Assembly: GCA_039194325.1 (NCBI GenBank)
Contig: JBCCWC010000003.1
Span: forward strand, 172,299 to 236,298
Source: Myxococcota bacterium
GTDB lineage: Bacteria; Myxococcota_A; Polyangia; Nannocystales; Nannocystaceae
Length of the DNA stretch: 64,000 nt
Direction: 5' to 3'
In this document: piece by piece, positions 40,362 through 52,307 of the stretch
How positions within the stretch are numbered: the first letter of the stretch is position 1
Layout: each line of letters begins with the position of its first letter
Notes under the pieces: model-generated
The model's database searches: none
The model's input: only the letters and a program-made list of their open reading frames with translations
Told to the model about the DNA's origin: nothing
Translations under genes and position numbers: made by a program

Positions 40362-41576
40362 ATGGCCGCTCCTCGCCAGACCCACTCGACGTTGGTCGTC
40401 GCGTTGGTCGTCGCGCTGGCCATCGCGCTGGGTGGGCCCGTACCCGCGGTGGCGATGCGGGGGCCGTTGCCCGAGCCGGACTCGTTCGAGTCGGAGGGAT
40501 CGGATGAGCCGCCCGACCTGCCCGCGTCCACCACCGAGGCGGATCCCACCACGCTGAGCCCCGAGGAGCTGGCCCAGCGGCAGCTGCAAGCCAAGATCGA
40601 GCAGGCCATCGAGCACTATAAAGAGGGCCAGCGCTTGTACAGCAACGGGCGCTACGGCGAGGCTGCGGTGGAATTCGAGCGCTCGTATGCTGCGGTGCCG
40701 GCCGCCAACACCCTCTATGCCGTCGCGCTGGCCTTTGGGCGGGCCGGCAAGACGGTCGAGGCGGTGCGGGCCTTCGAGCGATACCTCGAGCTGCCCGATT
40801 GCAGCCAGTGGGCCCCCGACGAGCGGCCGATCGATTGCACGGCGCAGCGCAGCGAAGCCGAGCGCAACCTGGTCGAGCACCGCGGCCGGGTGGGCGAGCT
40901 GACCCTGAAGATCGCCGAGGGGGTGGAGCTTCGCGAGGTTCGGGTGGCGGGTCGTACCGTCCCTATCGACGACTTTCCGCTGCTGATGCTGCCCGGCACG
41001 GTCGACGTGGAGCTGTTCGGGATGGGCCCCGACGATCGCCGGACCCGCCCCGCTTACATCACCGCGGGGGAGGTCTACGAGGTCTATGTGGCTCCGTGGA
41101 AGGTCGACGTGGTGGACGAGATGTCCAACCCAGGCGGTGACCTAGGCCGAGATGACCCCCAGCGGCAAAAGCGGCAAAAGCGGCGGCTGAAGGCCGTGTT
41201 CTGGAGCGGAGTGGGCCTGACCGGGGCCTCGGGCGTGGTGATGGCGGTCATGGGCAGCCTGGCTCGTTATCACTTTCAGCGCTTCGACATCGAGAAGTGT
41301 CCACCCCAGTGCTACGAGCTCAACGACGACGGCACTCCCGTGACCGGTCCGGACGGCGAGCTGGTCGCATTGGACCGGCCCTATCCCCTCGGTCACCGCA
41401 ACGCGTTCGAACGCTACCAGGTCGTCACCAATGCGCTCATCGGCGTAACCGTCGGGCTGGCGGTGAGCACCGCGCTGGTGGGCGTCTTTGCGTTCCGCAA
41501 GCGCGAGCCCACGCCGTCGGGGCGCGCTCGCGTGCGCGTTCATGTGGGCGCGCCTGGGCTGCTCGTGCGGTGGTAG
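40362..41576 (+). CDS. Secreted TPR-containing protein
   Basis: Signal peptide; YKEGQRLYSNGRYGEAAVEFERSY TPR; C-terminal hydrophobic segments ending in W. Confidence 0.8.
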   Translation: MAAPRQTHSTLVVALVVALAIALGGPVPAVAMRGPLPEPDSFESEGSDEPPDLPASTTEADPTTLSPEELAQRQLQAKIEQAIEHYKEGQRLYSNGRYGEAAVEFERSYAAVPAANTLYAVALAFGRAGKTVEAVRAFERYLELPDCSQWAPDERPIDCTAQRSEAERNLVEHRGRVGELTLKIAEGVELREVRVAGRTVPIDDFPLLMLPGTVDVELFGMGPDDRRTRPAYITAGEVYEVYVAPWKVDVVDEMSNPGGDLGRDDPQRQKRQKRRLKAVFWSGVGLTGASGVVMAVMGSLARYHFQRFDIEKCPPQCYELNDDGTPVTGPDGELVALDRPYPLGHRNAFERYQVVTNALIGVTVGLAVSTALVGVFAFRKREPTPSGRARVRVHVGAPGLLVRW

Positions 41577-41624
41577 GTGTCGCCGGCTAGGCGATGGCCG
41601 GCGGTCATGGGTGGTTATGGGTAG

Positions 41625-42302
41625 TTATGGACGGTTCTCGTCGGTCGGTGGACTCGGGGAGGGCTCTGCGGTGAGGAACAAGCTCTGGAACCAGCGCACG
41701 AAGCCGTGCGCTGCGCTCTGCTGCGCGTCTAGGTACCCTCGCTGGATCGCGCTTCCTGGCGGTACGCCGGGTTGCTCCTGCCAGGCGAGCCAGGTCCGCA
41801 CGCTGGCCTTGTGGAGGTAGTGCGCCTTGAATCGTGCGCCCCGACGAGACGCTTCTCGACATACTTCACCGGCGTACGTCCAGACCGGATCGCTGGGTGG
41901 AATCAAGCCCGTCAGGAGATCTTCGAGGGCACCTGGGCGCTGGTTGTCGGGGAGGATCCACACTCCGATCCGGCACCCGCTCTCGGTAGCGTCGACGTAG
42001 CCGCCAGCAGGCGGTTCCGTGGGTAGGCTCAGCGTGCGCAGTGCTTCCCGGATTCGCGTCCACACGATCGCGGGTGATTGGTCCGCGTCGAGCACGATGC
42101 CCAGCCGCCTTGTCGACTTGATGCTGGTGGGTAGCTCGCGCAGCGCCCCGTCGAGCCCTCCTGCATCCCGGATGTAGGGAGCGCCCGAGTCGTCGGATTC
42201 CCAGTCCACGCCGTGTGCGGTGGTCAGGTGCACCACGGTATGGAGGTCGTCCGGCCCCTCTACGATTAGCCGGTGGGGGTTACGACGATCCCTCGGCTTC
42301 AT
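41625..42302 (-). CDS. DUF3226-like TOPRIM-fold protein
   Basis: LIVEGPDD, IVLDAD, GVWILPDN...GALEDL, WLAWQEQPG. Confidence 0.82.
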   Translation of the reverse strand: MKPRDRRNPHRLIVEGPDDLHTVVHLTTAHGVDWESDDSGAPYIRDAGGLDGALRELPTSIKSTRRLGIVLDADQSPAIVWTRIREALRTLSLPTEPPAGGYVDATESGCRIGVWILPDNQRPGALEDLLTGLIPPSDPVWTYAGEVCREASRRGARFKAHYLHKASVRTWLAWQEQPGVPPGSAIQRGYLDAQQSAAHGFVRWFQSLFLTAEPSPSPPTDENRP

Positions 42303-43351
42303 GGATTTCCCCGCAGCTCAAGGTGGGCTTCGTCGGCGATCTCCAGGTCATCCATGGAGAACCGCTCGGTCCTAGAGGCGCCGACATCGAGCCGATGCAG
42401 GCTGACCGTGTCGGACATCGAGCGGTCGTCTCGGTAGAGGTTGGCCAGCGCGCGGAGACAGTCCTGGCTGTGTGTGGTGGCGAACACCTGGAGGTCGAGG
42501 CGACGAGCGTTCTCTATGATGAGCCGCCAGACCGATTCCATGGTGGAGTGGTGCAGGCCGATCTCGATCTCGTCCACCAGGAAGGCACCACCACGGGCCT
42601 GGACCATGAGGAGCGCAAGGTCGAGTAGTCGGCTCGCTCCGTGACCCAGGCTGCCGAGCGGGACGCGCTCGGCCATTCCCTTCATACGAACGAACGCCGC
42701 TGGGGTCTGGTTATAGCCATCGCCGACCGTGAAGATCACCCGTTCGATCTCCGGCTCGAGGATCTGTATCGCACTAGTGACGAAGTCTTCGCTCTCGTTT
42801 CCTACGATCAGATTCCATAGGCGCGCGCGCTCGTGCGAGTCGATACCGGCCATGCTCGCAAAAATGAACGGCGAGATCATTCGATCGAAGTCTGCGTATC
42901 GCCACGGCTTTCTGATTTCGATAGACGTTTTCTGGAGCTCCCACTCCTCTGTGTTGCCACGTTCGTCCGACGTCGCCAGCGTCCAATCATCGGGATCGGA
43001 TACGATCCAGACATCGATCTTTAGGGGCGTATCATGCTCATCCGTACCCTCGATCAGGAAGGACGTGGTCGTGTCGAGGTGTCGCCCATGAAAGAGCTGA
43101 CGTGCATCGAGCAGGAGATCCTCGGGCTCCGAGCGTGACGGGCCTACGCCGTGCGATGACATCTCCTCGCGACGCCATGAGCTTCGGATGATGCAGTCCG
43201 GCTGCGCACGCAGCAACAGCAACTCCAGCGCCTCGAGGAGCGACGTCTTGCCCGCGTTGTTCTTGCCGACCAGCAGGTTGACGCGGGTCAGCCCCTCGGC
43301 CTTCAGCTCGGTGAAGCAGCGGTAGCCTCTGATGGTTATGCTCTGGAGCAC
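42299..43351 (-). CDS. ABC-superfamily ATPase (AAA_15/AAA_21-like)
   Basis: GYRCF, Walker A GKNNAGKT, signature-like LGHG, Walker B LVDEIE, H-loop TTHS; ATGA overlap with DUF3226 gene. Confidence 0.9.
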   Translation of the reverse strand: MLQSITIRGYRCFTELKAEGLTRVNLLVGKNNAGKTSLLEALELLLLRAQPDCIIRSSWRREEMSSHGVGPSRSEPEDLLLDARQLFHGRHLDTTTSFLIEGTDEHDTPLKIDVWIVSDPDDWTLATSDERGNTEEWELQKTSIEIRKPWRYADFDRMISPFIFASMAGIDSHERARLWNLIVGNESEDFVTSAIQILEPEIERVIFTVGDGYNQTPAAFVRMKGMAERVPLGSLGHGASRLLDLALLMVQARGGAFLVDEIEIGLHHSTMESVWRLIIENARRLDLQVFATTHSQDCLRALANLYRDDRSMSDTVSLHRLDVGASRTERFSMDDLEIADEAHLELRGNP

Positions 43352-43485
43352 GGTGGTTCCGCTGATGGTCCGATACCGACGATAGCGCAAGCGGTCGCTC
43401 GTCCCTGAAGAGCGAGTGATTTCAGTGAATTGGATGCGTTCATGTGGGCGCGCCTGGGCTGCTCGTGCGGTGGTAGATTCGGCGC

Positions 43486-44721
43486 ATGCAGGACCGCCGC
43501 TGGCCCACCTACACGCCACGGAACATCGTGCTCGACGCCGCCGTGCCGCCCGACGACGGCGGCAAGGGCTCGATCTACGTCAAGGATGCCGAGGGCAACG
43601 TGTACCTCGACGCGATGTGCGGGATCGGCTGCCTACCCCTAGGGCACGGGCACCCCGATCTCGCCGACGCAGTGCGCGAGCAGATGCTGCGGCTCACCGC
43701 CGCCGCGGGCACGCTGTGGACCAAGCCTCAGCAGGATCTGGTGGGGCAGATCGTCGAGCGCACCACGATCCCCGATGCGCGAGTGTTCCTGGGCAACACC
43801 GGCACCGAGGTCAACGAGGCCGCTATCAAGCTGGCCCTACGGGCCACGGGGCGTGACGTGATCATCGGCTTCGAGCGCGCCTTCCACGGCCGTACACTGG
43901 GCTCGATCTCCCTGACCGCCAATCCCAAGTATCGCGAGCCCTACGTCAGCTGCCTCGACGAGCCCGAGGGTCGCTTCGCTCGGCTCAACGTGGCCCGAGC
44001 GACCTACGGCGACCTCGACTCGGTACAGGCGCTGCTGACCAAGTACGAAGGTCGGGTGGCCGCGGTGTTCATCGAGCCGGTGCAGGGCGAGGGGGGCATC
44101 TATCCCGCGAGCGTCGAGTTCCTCACCGGACTCCGCGAGCTGTGCACACGTCACGGCGCCCTGCTGGCGACCGACGAGATCCAGTGCGGAGGTGGGCGCA
44201 CGGGCAAGTTCTCGGCGTGGGAGCGGATCGTGGGCCGCGACCCCGCGCTGGCCCCCGACGTCGAGTGGTACGCCAAGGCGGTCGGCGGCGGCTACCCGAT
44301 CGGCGTGTGCGTGGCCCGGCCCGAGCTGGCCGCACACATGGTCAAGGGCAGCCATGGCTCTACCTTTGGCGGCAACCCGATCGCGTGCGCGGCCGGGCTG
44401 GCCACCCTGCGGATCATGGACGACGAAGGGCTGATGGAATCGGCGGGGGCGCAGCTGGAGATCCTTCAGGGGATCGCCGCCGCCGATCCCCACCCGCGCG
44501 TCGAGCAGATCCGCGGCCTGGGCTCCATGATCGGGATCGAGATCAATGGTCCGGGCGAGACGCCCGCAGCGCCCCTGGGCGCCTTGCTGCAAGAGGAGCG
44601 GATGCTCGTCACCGTGTGTCGCGGCAAGACGGTGCGGTGGTTGTTTCCCTATCGCGCGGGCAAAGCCGTGCTGACCGAGGGGTGGAGTCGGCTGCGGCGC
44701 GCGCTCGACCGACTGGAGTGA
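43486..44721 (+). CDS. Class III aminotransferase (acetylornithine aminotransferase-like)
   Basis: GTEVNEAAIK, FHGRT, IEPVQGEGG, DEIQCG, AKAVGGG, HGSTFGGNP. Confidence 0.9.
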   Translation: MQDRRWPTYTPRNIVLDAAVPPDDGGKGSIYVKDAEGNVYLDAMCGIGCLPLGHGHPDLADAVREQMLRLTAAAGTLWTKPQQDLVGQIVERTTIPDARVFLGNTGTEVNEAAIKLALRATGRDVIIGFERAFHGRTLGSISLTANPKYREPYVSCLDEPEGRFARLNVARATYGDLDSVQALLTKYEGRVAAVFIEPVQGEGGIYPASVEFLTGLRELCTRHGALLATDEIQCGGGRTGKFSAWERIVGRDPALAPDVEWYAKAVGGGYPIGVCVARPELAAHMVKGSHGSTFGGNPIACAAGLATLRIMDDEGLMESAGAQLEILQGIAAADPHPRVEQIRGLGSMIGIEINGPGETPAAPLGALLQEERMLVTVCRGKTVRWLFPYRAGKAVLTEGWSRLRRALDRLE

Positions 44722-44766
44722 ACCGCTCGCTGGCGCGTGCAAGGCCGGGGCTGTTAGCTTTCGGCC

Positions 44767-45645
44767 ATGCGAAGCGCACGTGCATCGGCGTTCATGGTGG
44801 TGCTGTTCGGCTGCACCCCCAAGGGGACTGCTCAATCGCCGGAGCCCGAGCCCGCCGTGGCGGAGGTGACCGATGGCGGGGCCGATGCGACCAGCGGTAC
44901 GACGGAGACCCCGGGCACGTCGGGCCCGGGACAGGAATCGCCCGCCGATCCCGGCGCCGAAGCCAGTGATCCTCCGGGACAGGTAGATCCCGCGACCGAG
45001 CCCGCGACGCCGACCGCCGAGGCCGAGCCCGCGACGGCCGAGCCCGCGACGGCCGATTCCGGGGCCGCCGAGCCTTCGGGTCCTTCGCCCAAGTCCGAAC
45101 CCAAGCCGGTGGTCGCCACGCTCGAGCTGCCCCGGCCGGTCCACGGCAAGGTCGACGCTACGTGTGGTCGTGACGCTGGCGTGGGGCAATCGCTCAAGTC
45201 GTTCTCGTTGCCCGGCCTCGAGGAGGGCAAGACGATCACCAATCGCACCTTCCGTGGTCGCGTGCAGGTGGTGAACTTCTGGGGCACGTGGTGCAAGCCC
45301 TGCCTCAAGGAGCTGCCCGAGTTCGACCAATTGTACCGGCGCTATCGCAAGCACGGCATGACCCTGCTGGCCATCGCCACCGACGAGGACGCCCAAGCGG
45401 TCAAGGAGACGATCACCAAGAAGAGGCTCGGGGCCAAGATCGCCATCGCCGGCGAGGACTACGCCGGGCAGTACGGCAGCCCCAAGTTCCCCTTTACCTT
45501 CGTGGTCGACCACAAGGGGGTGATCCGCGGTTCCTATCGCGGCTACAAGCCCGAGTGCATGGGCAAGCTCGAGGCCGACATTCGCGAGCAGCTGCAGGTG
45601 CGCGCCGAGGCCCGGGCGCGGCGCAAGAAGAACAAGCGCAGTTGA
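44767..45645 (+). CDS. TlpA/ResA-like thiol-disulfide oxidoreductase lipoprotein
   Basis: NFWGTWCKPC; LFGC lipobox; Pro/Ala-rich linker. Confidence 0.9.
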   Translation: MRSARASAFMVVLFGCTPKGTAQSPEPEPAVAEVTDGGADATSGTTETPGTSGPGQESPADPGAEASDPPGQVDPATEPATPTAEAEPATAEPATADSGAAEPSGPSPKSEPKPVVATLELPRPVHGKVDATCGRDAGVGQSLKSFSLPGLEEGKTITNRTFRGRVQVVNFWGTWCKPCLKELPEFDQLYRRYRKHGMTLLAIATDEDAQAVKETITKKRLGAKIAIAGEDYAGQYGSPKFPFTFVVDHKGVIRGSYRGYKPECMGKLEADIREQLQVRAEARARRKKNKRS

Positions 45646-45677
45646 GCGCAGTTGAGCGAAGTTGAGCGCAGCTGAGC
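45637..45677. repeat. 10-bp tandem repeat (gcgcagttga, about 4 copies) over and after the tlpA stop
   Basis: gcgcagttgagcgcagttgagcgaagttgagcgcagctgag. Confidence 0.8.
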
Positions 45678-45954
45678 CGCCTCGCAGGCTCTCGAGCCCG
45701 CACCAAAATAGGCGCGGGCCAGGCCGACAAGTTCGCCCCTTGGTCGGCCCGACCCACGCGCTCGTGTCGAGGAGACGACGCCGGCTCCCGGGATCGTTCG
45801 GCACCGGGGTGCACCCCGGCCCGTCGCCTCGATCGCGCTAGACCAGGCACGAGGCATTTCGATCACTGCCGGGACCAACTTTGCCTACACCGACCGCGAA
45901 GGGTCGTCGATGAGCCTCGGTCGTGCTCTGGCTTATCCAGTGGCTTACCGGGGC

Positions 45955-49080
<3,126 letters not shown>

Positions 49081-49202
49081 TCGAGGGCGGGGCGGCCTAC
49101 TGTGCCATAGGTTGGGCCACGGATCGGTTGGCGCGGGCGCGGGCGCGGGGCGGGCGCGACAGCCGTCGTGCACCCGAGCCGGCCTCGGCATAGAGACCCA
49201 GT

Positions 49203-50270
49203 TCAGCCGAATTTCCCGTAGGCTCCCAGATCCTTGAACGCCTGCACAAGCCGGGCGGCCATGCCCTTCTCGCCCAGGTGGACCCACGCCCGCGGGTCGA
49301 TGTGCTTCTTGTTGGGCTTGTCCTCGCCCTCGGGGTTGCCGATCTGCGACTGGAGGTAGTCGCTCTTGTCGTCCATGTACTGCTTGATCGGCTGGCAGAA
49401 CGCCCACTGCGTGTCGGTGTCGATGTTCATCTTGATCACCCCGTAGGAGACCGCCTCGCGGATCTCCTCGGGCGACGATCCCGAGCCGCCGTGGAACACG
49501 AAGTGCACCGGCTTGTCCCCACCGCCGTGCTTGTCCTTGATGGCCTTTTGGGAGTTGTCGAGGATCTTCGGGGTGAGCTTGACGTTGCCCGGCTTGTAGA
49601 CCCCGTGGGTGTTGCCGAAGGATGCGGCCACGGTGAATGGCCCCACCGGCTTGAGCGTCTCGTAGGCCTGCAGCACCTCGGCCGGCTGGGTGTAGAGCTT
49701 GGAGTTGTCGATGTCGGTGTTGTCGACCCCGTCCTCCTCGCCCCCGGTCACCCCCAGCTCGATCTCCAGGGTCATGCCGATCTTGGCGAGCCGCCCCAGG
49801 GTCTGGCGGCACTGCTCGAGGTTCTCGCCCAGCGGCTCCTCGCTCAGGTCCAGCATGTGCGAGCTGTAGAGGGGCTCGCCGTGCTTTTCGTAGAAGGCCT
49901 CGCCGGCGCTGACCATGCCGTCGATCCAGGGCAGCAGCTTCTTGGCCGCGTGGTCGGTGTGCAGCACCACCGAGACCCCGTAGGCCTGCGCGATCGAGCG
50001 CACGTAGTGGGCGGCCGCCACCGCCCCCGCGATCGCCCCCGCGTGGCCCTCCTTGGGCAGGAACTTGCCGCCGAAGAAGTGAGCCCCGCCGTTGGATACC
50101 TGGACGATGACCGGCGCCTTGGCCTCCTTGGCCGCCTGCAGCGCAGCATTGGCGCTGTGCGAGCCGATCACGTTGACCGCGGGCAGCGCGCACTCGTTGT
50201 CCTGACAATAGTCGAACAGCTCGGTCAGAGCGTTGCCGGTGACGATTCCTGGCTTGAGCGAGAGGGCCAT
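49203..50270 (-). CDS. fbaA: Class II fructose-bisphosphate aldolase
   Basis: HTDHAAKKLLPW, ELGVTGGEEDG, FGNTHGVYKPGNV, FHGGSGS, KMNIDTD. Confidence 0.96.
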   Translation of the reverse strand: MALSLKPGIVTGNALTELFDYCQDNECALPAVNVIGSHSANAALQAAKEAKAPVIVQVSNGGAHFFGGKFLPKEGHAGAIAGAVAAAHYVRSIAQAYGVSVVLHTDHAAKKLLPWIDGMVSAGEAFYEKHGEPLYSSHMLDLSEEPLGENLEQCRQTLGRLAKIGMTLEIELGVTGGEEDGVDNTDIDNSKLYTQPAEVLQAYETLKPVGPFTVAASFGNTHGVYKPGNVKLTPKILDNSQKAIKDKHGGGDKPVHFVFHGGSGSSPEEIREAVSYGVIKMNIDTDTQWAFCQPIKQYMDDKSDYLQSQIGNPEGEDKPNKKHIDPRAWVHLGEKGMAARLVQAFKDLGAYGKFG

Positions 50271-50442
50271 GTGGCTACCTCTACCAGGCGAGGACCGGCG
50301 ATGGGCACGCGGCGATGCGAGCAGGGGCGTGAGGATCTGCGCACGAGGACATTCTCGCCCGTGACTCCGAGGCGAGCGTTGTTTGGCCTCCAGGAGTCCG
50401 GATCGTTGCCGATCGATCGATCCCCTGCACGCTAGCATCGCG

Positions 50443-51252
50443 ATGTCACAAATGCCTCGCTGGTCGATGTTGCTCGGGTCGAGCCTCCTGGTGTCCTGCA
50501 TGGCCACCACGGAGCCGATCCGCACGGTCGAGGTTTTGGCCGAGGACACCGCTGAAGATCCAGCCAAGGATCCGGCCGAGGATCCAGCCGAGGATCCCGC
50601 GGATCGTTTGCCTCAGCGCGCCGAGACGCTGGTAGTGATGCTCCCGGGCATGGGAGACGATCCCGAGGCCTACGCCGAGCACGGGTTCCTCGAGGACATG
50701 CAGCGCCGCGGCCTCGAGGTCGACGTGGTCTCCGTGGACGCGCACCTGGGCTACTACACCCGGCGTGAGCTCTTGCCTCGCCTGCGCGAAGACGTCTTCG
50801 ACGTCGCTCGGTCCCGGGGCTATCGCTCGATCTGGGTGGTCGGGATCTCCATGGGTGGCCTGGGTGCGTTGCTCACCGCGCAGGAGTTCGGCGACCAGAT
50901 CGACGGAGTCGTCTTACTCTCCCCCTTCCTCGGCAAGCGACCCGCGATCCGACGGATCGAAGCCGCCGGAGGCGCTCGCGACTGGCAGCCTCCTGCCGAG
51001 CCCTCGTCGGACTACACCGTCGAGCTATGGCGCTGGCTCAAGGCCTACGCCACCGAGCCCGCCACGCGCCCCGCGATGTTCGTCGCCTACGGCACCCGCG
51101 AGGGCACACGCAGCTACCCACTACTGGCCGAGCTGCTCCCCGCCGAGCGGGTCGTAACGGTGACCGGCGGGCACGAGTGGGACACATGGAAGGACGGCTG
51201 GACCCGGCTGCTCGAGGCGGATGCGTTCCACAGCGACGCGACGACGCCATGA
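50443..51252 (+). CDS. Alpha/beta-hydrolase lipoprotein
   Basis: GISMGG nucleophile elbow; GGHEW; LVSC lipobox. Confidence 0.85.
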   Translation: MSQMPRWSMLLGSSLLVSCMATTEPIRTVEVLAEDTAEDPAKDPAEDPAEDPADRLPQRAETLVVMLPGMGDDPEAYAEHGFLEDMQRRGLEVDVVSVDAHLGYYTRRELLPRLREDVFDVARSRGYRSIWVVGISMGGLGALLTAQEFGDQIDGVVLLSPFLGKRPAIRRIEAAGGARDWQPPAEPSSDYTVELWRWLKAYATEPATRPAMFVAYGTREGTRSYPLLAELLPAERVVTVTGGHEWDTWKDGWTRLLEADAFHSDATTP

Positions 51253-51267
51253 GTGCGGGCGAGACCA

Positions 51268-52254
51268 CTAGAGCTCGTGGCCCAGGTACACCTTGGTCTG
51301 CGGATACCTGCGCACGAACGCCCGTAGCTGCGCCAGGCTCTGGGCGTTGAGCTTTTGGTCACCGGTGAACTTGCCGGGCTCCACCCCGTGCTCCCAGCCC
51401 CAGCGGGTGTGCGAGGTGTCGCCGACGAAGAGTGCCGGGCCCTCGGCGGCGTTGACCAGCCACGCCATGCTGCCCTTGGTGTGGCCTTCGCAGACGATCC
51501 CCCAGATCGAACCATCACCCAGTAGATCGACGACCGCATCAAAGGGATCGAGCGCGATCGACCGGTCCAGATCGATCTCTCGTATCGGGTCGCGGCCGTC
51601 GAGTAGCTGCTTGGTGGTCCGACGCTGTAGCCCATTGAACTTGCGCCGATCCCGGAGCTCACCCGGTCCCACATAGATCGGAGTCTCGGGGGGAAGATCG
51701 GGCAGGCCGAGCACATGGTCGAAGTGTGTGTGGGTCAGCAACACTCCCTGCACCGACAGCTCATACCGCGCCACGATGTCGGCCAGCGACTCCAGCGGCT
51801 CGATCGTCTTGATCGCCGCGCGCATCAGGCCTCGGATCGCACCATCGCGAGCGCCTTGGGCCAGCGCGGTGTCGACCCCGGTACCAACGATGAAGTCGCC
51901 TGCCTCGGGGTGCTGGATCACCCCCACGGGCAACACGATCGGGACGGGCTCGTTCTTGAGCTTCGCCTCGCGCGCCGTGGGGTGCCTCAGGTTGACCAGG
52001 CCCTTGCGGGCGGCCTCCCAGCGAGCGGAGACCACGGTCTGCACCTCCACCTCGACCGGGGCGGCCAGCACGGCCTCCCAGTTGGCGGGCACGCGGGCGG
52101 CCGGTGGGGGCTCGTAGGGCTCGGTGGGGTGAGACGAGACGCGACAGGCCCCCGCGGTCAATAGCGCACCCAGGGCGATCGCGCCCAGCGAGCTCCGGAC
52201 GAGAGCACCAGCGAACCAACGAGGCGGGGCGACAAAGAGCACGGGCGGGAGCAT
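51268..52254 (-). CDS. Metallo-beta-lactamase-fold hydrolase (AHL-lactonase-like)
   Basis: THTHFDH, GHTKG, GD, GHE motifs. Confidence 0.88.
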   Translation of the reverse strand: MLPPVLFVAPPRWFAGALVRSSLGAIALGALLTAGACRVSSHPTEPYEPPPAARVPANWEAVLAAPVEVEVQTVVSARWEAARKGLVNLRHPTAREAKLKNEPVPIVLPVGVIQHPEAGDFIVGTGVDTALAQGARDGAIRGLMRAAIKTIEPLESLADIVARYELSVQGVLLTHTHFDHVLGLPDLPPETPIYVGPGELRDRRKFNGLQRRTTKQLLDGRDPIREIDLDRSIALDPFDAVVDLLGDGSIWGIVCEGHTKGSMAWLVNAAEGPALFVGDTSHTRWGWEHGVEPGKFTGDQKLNAQSLAQLRAFVRRYPQTKVYLGHEL

Positions 52255-52307
52255 AGCGATCGGGCGATCGCGAGCCCAGCCGGCGTCGTCGATCTCGCTC
52301 GAACCCT

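Larger units (their letters stand above)
41536..43476. mobile_element. Direct-repeat-bounded two-gene islet (41-bp perfect repeats, no integrase)
   Basis: GCGTTCATGTGGGCGCGCCTGGGCTGCTCGTGCGGTGGTAG at 41536-41576 and 43436-43476; interior looks less GC-rich by eye. Confidence 0.8.

Noticed and set aside
49081..50208. 1417-aa version of the kinase in the ORF track
   Set aside because: The extension overlaps fbaA in another frame. The zinc-finger start at 49080 is more plausible.
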